Below, one piece after another: positions 39,226-48,917 of a DNA stretch of 64,000 nt. Origin of the DNA: an uncultured Clostridia bacterium (lineage in GTDB: Bacteria; Bacillota; Clostridia; Christensenellales; UBA1242); NCBI GenBank assembly GCA_944349515.1, contig CALVNE010000001.1:87232-151231 (forward strand). Direction: 5' to 3'. Numbering within the stretch: the first letter of the stretch is position 1; each line of letters begins with the position of its first letter. The position numbers and the translations under genes are program-made. A model generated the notes under the pieces. That model did no database searches, had not been told where the DNA came from, and worked only from the letters and a program-made list of their open reading frames with translations.

Positions 39226-39372
39226 GCGGGCGGGCGCAAGGCAAGCGCGGGCTAACCGCGCTTGCGCTCGCCGAATGGCGAGCCTTCTTCCCGCGCGGAA
39301 GGGCAAGGCGAAGAGGCGCTAAAAAAATCTGTGGTGCGCGGGAAGGACTTGCGCCCGCCAAAGGCGCTCACC
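39226..39372 (+). ncRNA. GC-rich multi-hairpin element between trpS and alaS (unclassified)
   Basis: A 12-bp closing stem pairs GGCGGGCGCAAG (39229-39240) with CTTGCGCCCGCC (39348-39359). Inside are GCAAGCGCGG-gctaa-CCGCGCTTGC (39241-39265), GCTCGCC-gaat-GGCGAGC (39266-39283) and further GC stems. Confidence 0.6.
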
Positions 39373-39444
39373 GGAACCCGTTTCCTAAGAGGAAATAATA
39401 ATTAAAACAACAACTTTTGTAAGTTAATAGGAGTTAGATAAAAG

Positions 39445-41262
39445 ATGATAAGCGATATAGAAATAAAAAACAAATGGTTTGAATTTTTTGAAAGCAAGGG
39501 CTTTAAGAGGATAGATAGTTATTCTATCATTCCGGAGAATGACCCGACCGTGCTATTCACCACCGCTGGTATGCACCCACTTGTGCCATACCTACTTGGC
39601 GAAAAGCACCCAAAAGGCAACAAGATATGTAACATTCAGCGTTGCATACGCACCACCGACATCGACGAAGTGGGCGATGACAGTCACCTCACCTTTTTTG
39701 AAATGCTGGGCAACTGGTTTTTGGGCGAGTGCGACAAAAAGAAGATGATTGAATATTCTTACGAATTTATCACAAGCCCAAAATATTTGGGGATTGATAA
39801 GTCACGCGTGGCAACCACGGTTTTTGCCGGCGACGAACATGCTCCGCGCGACGAGTTTGCATATAACACTTGGAAGGCGTGCGGAATTGAAAACGTCTAT
39901 TATTTAGACAAAAAGCACAATTGGTGGGCGCTTGGTGGCGGTGTTGGACCTTGCGGACCTGACACCGAGATGTTCCTTGACACCGGCAAAGAGAAGTGTT
40001 CGGAAAGTTGCTCGCCGGCGTGCGACTGCGGGAAATACTTAGAGTTTTGGAACGATGTTTTCATGCAATATGTAGTGGAGAAAGAGGGCGACCAAGTGAA
40101 GCCTCTTTCTAAGCCGAACATCGACACCGGCATGGGCTTAGAGCGCGCCATGGTGGTGATAAATGGACTTAGTTCCGTCTATGATTACGGCGTTTTGAAA
40201 AATGCCATCGACCTTATTGAGTCCCGCGCAGGTGTGAAATACCTTGAAAGCGAAAAATCAAAGCGTTCCTATCGAATTATAGCCGACCATATCCGCTCTG
40301 CCCTTTTCATTTTGGGCGATGAAAGAGGGGTTGTGCCAAGTAACGTTGGGCAAGGTTATATTTTGAGGCGACTTATTAGGCGCGCGGTCAACTGCGCAAG
40401 AGATATCAAACTTGACACCAAGTATTTTTCGAACCTTATCGACATCTACGTTGACAGGCACGGTGAGGACTACGCGGACATCAAGAAAAATCGCGAATTT
40501 GCAAAAACCGAACTTCAAAAGGAAGTGGAAAAATTCTCAAAGGCGCTGGAAGAAGGCCACAAGGAATTTGACAAGGTGATTGCCGGCATTGAAAAGCATA
40601 AGGAGTTTGCCTTAAAAAACGGCGAAATTGTACCGTCGGTTATCTCGGGCAAGGCATGTTTTAGGCTTTACGACACCTTTGGTTTTCCTTTTGAACTGAC
40701 AAAGGAACTTGCGAAAGAGATAGGCTTTAGCGTCGACGAAGAAGGCTACAAAAAGGCTTATGCTGAGCACCAAGAGAAGAGTAGATCTGCCTCTGCGGGC
40801 ACTTTCAAGGGCGGGCTTGCTGATACGTCCGAAAAAAGCGCCTATCTTCACACGGCAACACACCTACTTATGGCAGGACTGAGAAAGATGTTCGGCGCGG
40901 GCGTTATGCAGAAGGGCTCGAACATCACGCCGGAGCGCATGAGGCTGGACTTTAACGTTGACCACAAACTCACTGCGGAAGAGTTAAAAACACTTGAAGA
41001 TTTTGTCAATGACAACATAAAACGCGAAATCCCTGTCACCTTTGAAGAGATGTCGCTTGACGAGGCGAAAAAAAGCGGCGCAGTTGGCGTGTTTGAAAGT
41101 AAGTACGGCGAAAAGGTGAAAGTTTACACAATTGGCGATGTTTCCAAGGAAATCTGTGGCGGACCGCACGCTAAGAACACCAAAGACCTTCATCATTTCA
41201 AAATTGTGAAAGAGGAAAGTTCGTCGGCGGGCATAAGACGAATAAAGGCGATTTTAGATTAA
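39445..41262 (+). CDS. alaS: Alanyl-tRNA synthetase, short form (605 aa, no C-Ala domain)
   Basis: It has the class II core FTTAGMHP...FFEMLGNW. The editing-domain motifs HTATHLL and CGGPH lie near the C-terminus, and the protein ends right after the editing domain. Confidence 0.88.
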   Translation: MISDIEIKNKWFEFFESKGFKRIDSYSIIPENDPTVLFTTAGMHPLVPYLLGEKHPKGNKICNIQRCIRTTDIDEVGDDSHLTFFEMLGNWFLGECDKKKMIEYSYEFITSPKYLGIDKSRVATTVFAGDEHAPRDEFAYNTWKACGIENVYYLDKKHNWWALGGGVGPCGPDTEMFLDTGKEKCSESCSPACDCGKYLEFWNDVFMQYVVEKEGDQVKPLSKPNIDTGMGLERAMVVINGLSSVYDYGVLKNAIDLIESRAGVKYLESEKSKRSYRIIADHIRSALFILGDERGVVPSNVGQGYILRRLIRRAVNCARDIKLDTKYFSNLIDIYVDRHGEDYADIKKNREFAKTELQKEVEKFSKALEEGHKEFDKVIAGIEKHKEFALKNGEIVPSVISGKACFRLYDTFGFPFELTKELAKEIGFSVDEEGYKKAYAEHQEKSRSASAGTFKGGLADTSEKSAYLHTATHLLMAGLRKMFGAGVMQKGSNITPERMRLDFNVDHKLTAEELKTLEDFVNDNIKREIPVTFEEMSLDEAKKSGAVGVFESKYGEKVKVYTIGDVSKEICGGPHAKNTKDLHHFKIVKEESSSAGIRRIKAILD

Positions 41263-41267
41263 ATGCC

Positions 41268-41296
41268 TTGACAAGGGCGTTTAAGATTGTTAGAAT
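41268..41296 (+). promoter_or_regulatory. Promoter, TTGACA-17-TAGAAT
   Basis: The box spacing is exact. It lies upstream of the 41402 gene. Confidence 0.5.
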
Positions 41297-41401
41297 AGAA
41301 ATGTAAACATACTGACGAAAGTTACTTGAAAATTAAAGAACAACAGCAAGTTAAGGTCTAAGTCGGGTTTAGTTTTATTAAAATTATTTATAGGAGGTAA
41401 C

Positions 41402-42940
41402 ATGGCGCAGGGAGGTATAAGAAAGGGATTTTTCTTCTATTTCGGGCTTTTTGTACTTTTGCTTATTGCCATATTTTTGGTGATTTTGGTCATTCTTTTC
41501 TTCAATCCGGGTAAGACTATATGCTGGCTACAATACTTTAATAAGGGCGAAACCGTACAACTGCAAATGACCACCGACGACAGCGAAACGCCGATTAATT
41601 TGACGGACGGAAGTATCGACCGAATTGTGGTGGATTGCTCGTACGCCAATGTCTATGTGCAAGTTAATGAGGAAATTGGCAAAAGTTGCGTGCAGATTGT
41701 CAACGAGGCGTCTGGGTTCGCCACATACGTGCAAGCGCGACCATTTGAATACTCGGTTGTGTACGATGAGCAGGCCCCTTCCACACTTCGCATAAGCGTC
41801 ACTGAGCCAGTGGGCTTTATCTATCTTTCAAAGAACATCTCAATCACAATTAACATTCGCGCAAGTTACTCGCAAGGCAACGGCGTGGTCACCGACGGCG
41901 ACTTTTCGAATGTTGATTTTGAAATCACCACCACCGACGGAAATATCTTCCTTGGCACCTCTCAAGCGCTTTCGCATGAGATTCGCCCGGGCAATATAAC
42001 GGCGAAAACGGGAAGCGGAAATATTTACCTTTCAAGGAACTTGGAACTAGATAACACAAGGTCGCTCTCGCTTACCACAGGAAGCGGGGATATAACCACT
42101 GATAACTACAACATCTCGCTCGACGATTCTGGCAATCTCGACACTGGCGATAATGCCAATCTCAACGCGAAAGGCATTGTTATGACCATGGGAAGTAGCC
42201 TCACTTTGTCCACCAACACTGGGCAAATGGACTTCGACCTCGTTAGCATTCTGGGCATGGGCAACCTTCGTATGGAAAATGAAAATGGCAATATCACCAT
42301 TGACCAAATTAATGTTAGCGCTATAGAATTAGACGCCTACGAGGGTAACTACTATTTCGGCACCGTCACCGCCGATGAGGTTTCCTTCACGCCGTCTGAG
42401 GATAGAATTATGTCGCCAAACATTAGAATTGGCACGCTGAGAGGAAATATATTTATCTCTTCCTCACGCACCAACGCTTCGCCAGATGTCACCGTCGACC
42501 ACCTTTTTGGCAGGTTGTCTGTTACAAACACAAATGGCACATATAACATTGGAGAGATTAGTGGAGTTATTGTTTTTGATTCTAACAGCGGAACGTTAAA
42601 CGCCACGCTAGCAGATAATAGAATTTTATCGCAGGCTGACACCATTGAAACCGAGAGCGGAAATATCACCTTGACCTATGCGGGCACTTTCAATAACACC
42701 ATGAACATAACCACCAACAGCGGGCGAGTGAGGATAAATATCTCTGATTCCACTGGGTTTACTTCCACAGCGAAAGACACTAACGGCGAAAACTTGCCAA
42801 GCGACTCAAATCGAATATCCGTCAATATCGGCACCAACGAGGCGGTCAAAAATCCGCTCACCGTTCCGGGCGATGGAACGCGTAGTGGTACTATCATTAT
42901 AACCACCGGCGGGAATGTGGAATATTTGAAGATTGATTAA
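41402..42940 (+). CDS. Membrane-anchored DUF4097-like (putative adhesin / beta-helix repeat) protein
   Basis: It has an N-terminal TM segment. Recurrent xGSGNIxL, TGSGDITT, ENGNITI, SGNITLT and NSGRVRINIS strands follow. Confidence 0.55.
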   Translation: MAQGGIRKGFFFYFGLFVLLLIAIFLVILVILFFNPGKTICWLQYFNKGETVQLQMTTDDSETPINLTDGSIDRIVVDCSYANVYVQVNEEIGKSCVQIVNEASGFATYVQARPFEYSVVYDEQAPSTLRISVTEPVGFIYLSKNISITINIRASYSQGNGVVTDGDFSNVDFEITTTDGNIFLGTSQALSHEIRPGNITAKTGSGNIYLSRNLELDNTRSLSLTTGSGDITTDNYNISLDDSGNLDTGDNANLNAKGIVMTMGSSLTLSTNTGQMDFDLVSILGMGNLRMENENGNITIDQINVSAIELDAYEGNYYFGTVTADEVSFTPSEDRIMSPNIRIGTLRGNIFISSSRTNASPDVTVDHLFGRLSVTNTNGTYNIGEISGVIVFDSNSGTLNATLADNRILSQADTIETESGNITLTYAGTFNNTMNITTNSGRVRINISDSTGFTSTAKDTNGENLPSDSNRISVNIGTNEAVKNPLTVPGDGTRSGTIIITTGGNVEYLKID

Positions 42941-42947
42941 AATTATT

Positions 42948-42989
42948 AAAACCTTTTGTGCTAATTTTGTAAGTCGCAAAAGGTTTTTT
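42948..42989 (+). terminator. Rho-independent terminator
   Basis: AAAACCTTTTG pairs with GCAAAAGGTTTT and is followed by Ts. Confidence 0.7.
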
Positions 42990-43367
42990 ATCGCGATAGA
43001 CAAAGATTTTAAATTTTATTTTCCTTTTAAAAATATTCACATTAAAAAAGAAGCGCAGTTTGTGTTTTTTGCAAAAAATTAAGATTTTAGGAATTTTTAG
43101 CCTATTTTTTATGTGAAAATTACGAATAGATAAATATTTTGCGAAAATATTTGGAAAAATAGGAGTAAATATGTTATTAATATAATATATGACTTACTAT
43201 TTCTTACATATTTAAGATTTTCTTTTAAGTGAAGTTTTCTTATAAAAGATAAGCACAATTTACCAAATTTTTGTGGCAAAACATTAGATATTTTTATTAA
43301 AAGTCAAAGCACTTAAGAAATTTTAACAACTTATTCACACTTCACGGCGTGAATTAGAGAGGGGGAA

Positions 43368-45935
43368 ATGAAAAAAACTTTTAAAATTTCAATTCTATCT
43401 ATCTTAACATTTCTTGCAGTTTGCGGAATCTTACTTTTTTCGTTGCCTAAAACATTTTCGTCAAGCGCTTTGATTGTTGAACAAAATGCCGATGTGGAAA
43501 TAGGGTCGGCAAGTGAACTTGTTGATTTTGTCAATAGATACTCGTCAGTCAACTCTGCCACGACCATTGCTTTGACAAGCGACATCACGCTTGCCGACTC
43601 CGACATTCTTACGGGGACGATTGGCACGCAAGAAAATCCGTTCACCGGCACTTTCGACGGAAACGGACATACTATCAGTAATCTCAACTTTTCCTTTACT
43701 AGCGTGACGAATGATGTTCCGAATTACATCGGGCTTTTTGGTGTGACAAGTGGCGCAACAATAAGGGATTTACAAATTGCCGGCACCACAACGGTGACTG
43801 TCAAGTCTTCGCCGAACACGCTTAACCTTGGTATCCTTGCTGGGCAGACAAATAATCGCATTGTCACGGAAGATGTTAATGGCGTAAGTGTGACACGCTC
43901 AGTGCAAACGCTTGTTGAAAATTGCATAATAACTTCCAATTTAAATTACATAGACAATGAGGTTTCAACTGAAAGTGTTTCAAGTGGCATAAAAACGCTT
44001 GATATGGGCGGATATGTTGGCGATATGAAAAATACCACCATTCAAAATTCCTTCTATAGACCAAGCGGAACCACTTCTTTTGAACTTGATAATATTTATG
44101 GGCGATATGTGAAGATTGGCGGTATCGCGGGCGCCATGGAAAACTCCACTGCGCTTTTTGTGGTCAGCGCACCTACCATAAGCGTCCAAGCAAGCGAAAG
44201 TTATGTTGGAACGGTATATTTGGGCGGAATTTTCGGCACAATTGGGCAAAGCAATTCGGGCGTTATCAACTCAATCTCAGAACCTACTTTTAATGTGGTG
44301 AATAACTCGGATAGCACCTTCCACATCGGCGCGGTAGGCGGATATATCCTTCAATCGACAAGTGAAATTTCGTATGTGTATTACAATTCCGATAACATCA
44401 ACTCCGGTGACTCCACCTATTATTACACCGCCTTTGCAAACAGCACCGATTCGGCGAATGGAAATGTTGTGGCAAAGGTTTCCGACACCATAATCAGCCA
44501 CTCGGGCGGAGCGAGGGACTATTTTGACAGTAAAGATTGGAATGGACTATATGGCGACCATTGGGATTTTGCCAACATCTTTTTAATTCAAAATAACAAC
44601 ATCTCCTTGCAAGCGTTTCGCGGTGAATTTTTGGTTGGGCTTAGCACATCTAGCACTAGCGTGGGCGGAAATATCATTGAGATATTAGAAGAGAATAATG
44701 TTGTAAATAACGAATTTGAGGTTGAGGCGGACTATAACGACGTGGTGCAAATATCCTTCAAGTTCAAGTTTAACGATGCGATAAACGAACAGATTGGGCA
44801 GTATTATAGGCTATCCAACCTCACACTTCGAAGTGGCGAAACAAGGTCGGTTGCTTCTTTCAGTAGGCGCACAAGCGAAAGCGGGCAAGACTATTACATT
44901 TTAAATCCGCTGGAAGATTTTGAAAGACTGAGCATGACCTATGATGAGGAAGAGGGTATTTATACTCTTATTATCGCGGGTGTTACAAATAACTATTCTG
45001 GTCAATATCAACTCAATATCTCAGCAAATCAGTTTGTTGGAAGATTTGAATATCACCTTTATTCTGAGGACGATAACGGCAATGAATTTGAAGTTGTGGA
45101 ACAACCTAAAACCGAGTGCTATGTCTTTAACAGGTCGGGAGGCGTTCAAAATTCGCCAGACTACACCGTGCCCGATGTCACTTACAACGGGAATTATACC
45201 GTTTCCACTCAAGCAAACTCAAGGTCGATTTATGAGTTTAAAGGTTGGTATTTGATGACGGGCGACGAGGCAAACCCGGCGAACGATATCTTATTAAGTG
45301 CGCCTGACGCAAACGAGGACGGAACAAGCGGCGATACCTTTTCAAACGCTGACCTAACTTTCACTTTCCCAACTATCACCACCGCACAAGGCGAGCAAAT
45401 TACACTTATCGACGACTTCGTTATTTATGCAAGGTATGTTGACAATGCTTGCTCACTGACCTTCCTTTTGAATGAAGGGGTAGAGCGAGTAGTAATTTCC
45501 ACAGATGCCAATACCATAACTGAAACCGACACCACAATTCAAGTTCGCAAGCAAGATGATTTCAAGTTGGAACTATATTTAAACGACAACTACACCTTTG
45601 ATGTGGATACCTTTGTTGAGCAGTTTAACACCATGACCGGCTTTTGTGAGTATGCCGTAAATAGTTCCAATTCGCAATACTTTGAATTCTATTTCGACCT
45701 AACTCAACTTAATGACCCTACATACGAGGATACGCTGACCCTCAACTTCAATGGCTTTATCACCGAGGACGAACCTGAAACCGATTGGACACTTATTTGG
45801 ATAATTGTCGGCTCTATATTAGGTGGACTTGCTTTGATTGCTGTTATTGTTATCATCATTGTGGTGGTAAGACGCAAGAAAGGCGGTGGTGGTGGTGGAC
45901 GCCGAAAGATGTCCTATAGAAATATGTATTATTAA
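43368..45935 (+). CDS. Large secreted/surface protein with a C-terminal TM anchor
   Basis: It has a signal peptide, a NPFTGTFDGNGHTISNL beta-helix-type motif, and YEFKGWY (Listeria-Bacteroides-repeat-like). The C-terminal TM segment is followed by an RRKKGGGGGRRK tail. Confidence 0.7.
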   Translation: MKKTFKISILSILTFLAVCGILLFSLPKTFSSSALIVEQNADVEIGSASELVDFVNRYSSVNSATTIALTSDITLADSDILTGTIGTQENPFTGTFDGNGHTISNLNFSFTSVTNDVPNYIGLFGVTSGATIRDLQIAGTTTVTVKSSPNTLNLGILAGQTNNRIVTEDVNGVSVTRSVQTLVENCIITSNLNYIDNEVSTESVSSGIKTLDMGGYVGDMKNTTIQNSFYRPSGTTSFELDNIYGRYVKIGGIAGAMENSTALFVVSAPTISVQASESYVGTVYLGGIFGTIGQSNSGVINSISEPTFNVVNNSDSTFHIGAVGGYILQSTSEISYVYYNSDNINSGDSTYYYTAFANSTDSANGNVVAKVSDTIISHSGGARDYFDSKDWNGLYGDHWDFANIFLIQNNNISLQAFRGEFLVGLSTSSTSVGGNIIEILEENNVVNNEFEVEADYNDVVQISFKFKFNDAINEQIGQYYRLSNLTLRSGETRSVASFSRRTSESGQDYYILNPLEDFERLSMTYDEEEGIYTLIIAGVTNNYSGQYQLNISANQFVGRFEYHLYSEDDNGNEFEVVEQPKTECYVFNRSGGVQNSPDYTVPDVTYNGNYTVSTQANSRSIYEFKGWYLMTGDEANPANDILLSAPDANEDGTSGDTFSNADLTFTFPTITTAQGEQITLIDDFVIYARYVDNACSLTFLLNEGVERVVISTDANTITETDTTIQVRKQDDFKLELYLNDNYTFDVDTFVEQFNTMTGFCEYAVNSSNSQYFEFYFDLTQLNDPTYEDTLTLNFNGFITEDEPETDWTLIWIIVGSILGGLALIAVIVIIIVVVRRKKGGGGGGRRKMSYRNMYY

Positions 45936-46075
45936 TATTAAAAATTTAAGTTTTGTAAATAAATATGCTATAATTGTTTTAGCGCAAAATTTTGTCAGCA
46001 TAATTTGAATGAATATTAGTCTCGTTCAAATAAACAAAAATTCGTTTATGCTTTGGGGCGTCTGCTCAAAAAAAT

Positions 46076-46127
46076 AGTATTATGCAACAAGATATGGTGT
46101 AGTATGCAAGAATGCTACACCGTGTAT
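46076..46127. repeat. Palindromic interspersed element, copy C
   Basis: AGTATTATGCAA..ATATGGTGTAGTATGCA-agaa-TGCTACACCGTGTAT. Confidence 0.7.
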
Positions 46128-46349
46128 TTTTAATGTTGTTTTGGAAATTTTAGGATTTTGTTCGCCTATTTTTATTTTCTTTGCGCGAAACAATGAAAAT
46201 TTTAGTTTAGGATTTTAGTTAATTTTTTGAGGACTATCGCTTTTTTTAGGAAAAATATTTTATAAGCAGGTCAATGCTTTCGCTGATTCCTTTAAAAGTG
46301 CTTTTAAATTTTAGGATTAGATAAAAATTTGCAAAGTGTTAGTTACACT

Positions 46350-46973
46350 TTAAATAACCAAAATAACTCTGCCGTTGAGGAGGTACAATAGGAGCGTCTC
46401 GGCGAGGTTTAAAACAAGAAGGATAATAAGCCCCAAAAGTAGAAACAAAAGGCGGTTACATTCGGCTTTGGCGTAGCGCTTGCAGTTACCGTTGATTTTG
46501 CTAGAGATAAAGTAGAACATGATAAGCGCAAAGAGCATTAAAAGTTGGCATGGCAAAATGACAACTATGGCTGTCAAACTTCCGCCAATGCCGTATAAGA
46601 TAAAAATAAGCGTGAAATTTAGTCCGAATAGATAGGCGCGGTAGACAATCAGTATCTCCGCCACGGGAAATAGTATTGGCAGAAAGGAACAGCCAAACAA
46701 AATTAAAATATTTATGGAAAGCGAAAGCATTCGAGAGAAAAATGCCGACGACGAACCAGCAAACCCACTTTCAAAGTCGTCGAGTGAAATCTCTTGAAGG
46801 CGAGACAGGTTGGCGCTTCCCGAGTATTTTATTGCCACAAAAATTCCAGCAGAGAGCGAAATTAAAACCAAAATTATTGTGATGATAAACTTGATTCGAT
46901 TTTCCTTCAAAGTCTGCGTGCAGGAAAACCGAAGTCCGTTTATAAACGAATGAGATTTATATGACTTTATCAT
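46350..46973 (-). CDS. Stage II sporulation protein M-like (DUF95) membrane protein
   Basis: 207 aa with SpoIIM-like topology and an ILPCQLLMLFA motif (compare VLPQNLLIIPA). The RBS is weak. Confidence 0.45.
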   Translation of the reverse strand: MIKSYKSHSFINGLRFSCTQTLKENRIKFIITIILVLISLSAGIFVAIKYSGSANLSRLQEISLDDFESGFAGSSSAFFSRMLSLSINILILFGCSFLPILFPVAEILIVYRAYLFGLNFTLIFILYGIGGSLTAIVVILPCQLLMLFALIMFYFISSKINGNCKRYAKAECNRLLFLLLGLIILLVLNLAETLLLYLLNGRVILVI

Positions 46974-47156
46974 AGTTTATGATATTAATTTTTTTGGCGA
47001 AAAAGAACATTTTGTTTGTTTTTAGAGTAAATAATGAATGTTTGACGATTGAAATGTTAAAAATGTGTGCGGTGTTTGCATTAATGCGTTTTAATAAAGG
47101 TTTTTTGTTTGACTTTTTAAGGCGAGCGGTGTAAAATGCAAGGTAGAGGTGAAAAA

Positions 47157-47765
47157 ATGAGGCTTATAGGCGATATCTATGAGAGCAATGTGTTTATAAC
47201 GGATAATGCTTTAATCGTTGACGCAGGTGCGAACTTAAACAAAGTTACTGGTGCCGTGAAAAACAAAAAAATTGACGGAGTTCTTCTCACACATGGGCAT
47301 TTTGACCACGCGTATTTTGCCATGGACTATGCTCAAAAATATGGTGTGAAGATATATGCCAGCGCTAAGATTGAAGAGTATCTTCGCGAGCCTAAAAAGA
47401 ACTATTCCACTGATTTTGAAGGTATGGAATTGAAGATTGACGATTTTTCAAATTTTGTTTTATTGCACGGCGACGGAGAATTTTCCGTTCAAAATGTGAA
47501 AGTAAAATATTTTCAACTCGGCGGGCACAGCAAAAGTGATATGTGCTTTTTGGTGGGCGATGACCTCTATGTTGGCGACACGATTGTAGGGCGTGGCATT
47601 GGCAGAATGGATTTGTATGGCGGGAACAAACAGGATATGCTGGAAAGTTTAAAGAAAATTTCCACTTTATCATATAAGACCATGCACTGCGGACACGGCG
47701 AGGATTTAACTAAAGATATGGCAGATAAGGTGATTGCCACATATATAAGATTTATGTCGCGCTAG
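47157..47765 (+). CDS. MBL-fold metallo-hydrolase
   Basis: It has LLTHGHFDHA (HxHxDH). The RBS is GGTAGAGGTG. Confidence 0.8.
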   Translation: MRLIGDIYESNVFITDNALIVDAGANLNKVTGAVKNKKIDGVLLTHGHFDHAYFAMDYAQKYGVKIYASAKIEEYLREPKKNYSTDFEGMELKIDDFSNFVLLHGDGEFSVQNVKVKYFQLGGHSKSDMCFLVGDDLYVGDTIVGRGIGRMDLYGGNKQDMLESLKKISTLSYKTMHCGHGEDLTKDMADKVIATYIRFMSR

Positions 47766-48121
47766 TCAAGTTGAAATTGTGGCACGCAGTAAAAACTTTG
47801 CAAATAATAAACAATTTATAAAATTTTTTTAAACAAAAATTTTGGGATTTTGAAAGTAAAAATGAGTGTGTTTTATGTTGGTATAGGAATTGAATAAGAC
47901 AAAAAGTTAGAAGAACGAAAGGTGGTGGCTTATTTACACCATCTTTTATTTTCTATTTTCACTATCTTTATTTTCACTATTTTTTAATTAGATTTTTTGA
48001 ATTTGTCTTTTTCTATTTATCTTTTATAATTTCAAAAACTTTTAATTAAACTAAAAATTATTTAAGCAAAATTTTTATCCTTTATATATCAAAATTTGGC
48101 GCTTTTTTCATATATATTTCT

Positions 48122-48835
48122 ATGAAAAATGTGTTATTAATTGACAGCGGTTCGGGCGGGGTGAATATTTTAAAAGAGTGCGTCAAGGTCTGCCCTTACT
48201 CTAACTATCTTCTATATTGCGACCATGAAAATTTGCCTTATGGCGAAAAAAGCAAGGCGGAATTATTAGAGTTAACCGAAAAAAATTTGCAAAAAATACA
48301 CAGTTTTTTTAAGTTTAACATTGTGATTTTTGCTTGCAACACCTTAACCGCCACGGTCATCGATGAGATGCGCGAAAAATATAAAAACATAACTTTCATT
48401 GGCACTGTTCCTGCTATAAAGCCTGCGCTAAATGAGTTTGAAGAGAAGGACATCCTTTTAATCGCCACAAAAACAACGATTAAAAACAACAAACTTATCG
48501 GCAAGTATCGAAATAGCGAAATTAAATTTAAGGCATTGAATCGACTTGCGCCACTTATAGACGAGCATTTGGATGAGTTAGATTTGATTTATCCATATCT
48601 AAAAAGGCAGTTAAGTGGCGATTTTAAGGCACTTGTTTTAGGTTGCACGCACTATAAGGCAGTGGAAAAGATAATCAAAGAAATTAAGCCGAATGTCAAA
48701 ATCTTCGACAGCGCAAACGGCGTTGCAAGGCGCCTGCTCTCTTTCATTCAAGACAGAACCTTTGGCTACCAGGTGCAAATCTACTGCGAAAACAGTGAAC
48801 TCCGCGCCAAGTTTTGGTGGTTCTATTTAAACTAA
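48122..48835 (+). CDS. murI: Glutamate racemase
   Basis: It has LLIDSGSGG, ACNTLTA and LGCTHY motifs. Confidence 0.85.
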   Translation: MKNVLLIDSGSGGVNILKECVKVCPYSNYLLYCDHENLPYGEKSKAELLELTEKNLQKIHSFFKFNIVIFACNTLTATVIDEMREKYKNITFIGTVPAIKPALNEFEEKDILLIATKTTIKNNKLIGKYRNSEIKFKALNRLAPLIDEHLDELDLIYPYLKRQLSGDFKALVLGCTHYKAVEKIIKEIKPNVKIFDSANGVARRLLSFIQDRTFGYQVQIYCENSELRAKFWWFYLN

Positions 48836-48917
48836 AAAAGGAAGAAACTATCTTCCTTTAATTTTTTTAATATACATGATTTTTATGTATTTTTTATTAT
48901 TTTTTTATATTTATTAA

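Noticed and set aside
43084-46180. Possible direct repeats flanking the surface-protein gene: ATTTTAGGAATTTTTAGCCTATTTTTTAT at 43084 and ATTTTAGGATTTTGTTCGCCTATTTTTAT at 46148.
   Set aside because: The match is about 30 nt at roughly 80% identity in very AT-rich, low-complexity sequence. TTTTAGGATT also recurs nearby. That is not enough to claim an insertion boundary without statistics.
47040-47075. Possible fifth copy of the palindromic element (GTGTGCGGTGTTTGCATTAATGCG).
   Set aside because: It shares only GGTGT..TGCAT with the consensus, and the arms are not complementary.
47940-48010. Short AT-rich tandem repeat (TATTTTCACTATCTTTATTTTCACTATTTTTT) upstream of murI.
   Set aside because: It is only two short low-complexity units after a terminator-like hairpin, with no evidence of function.
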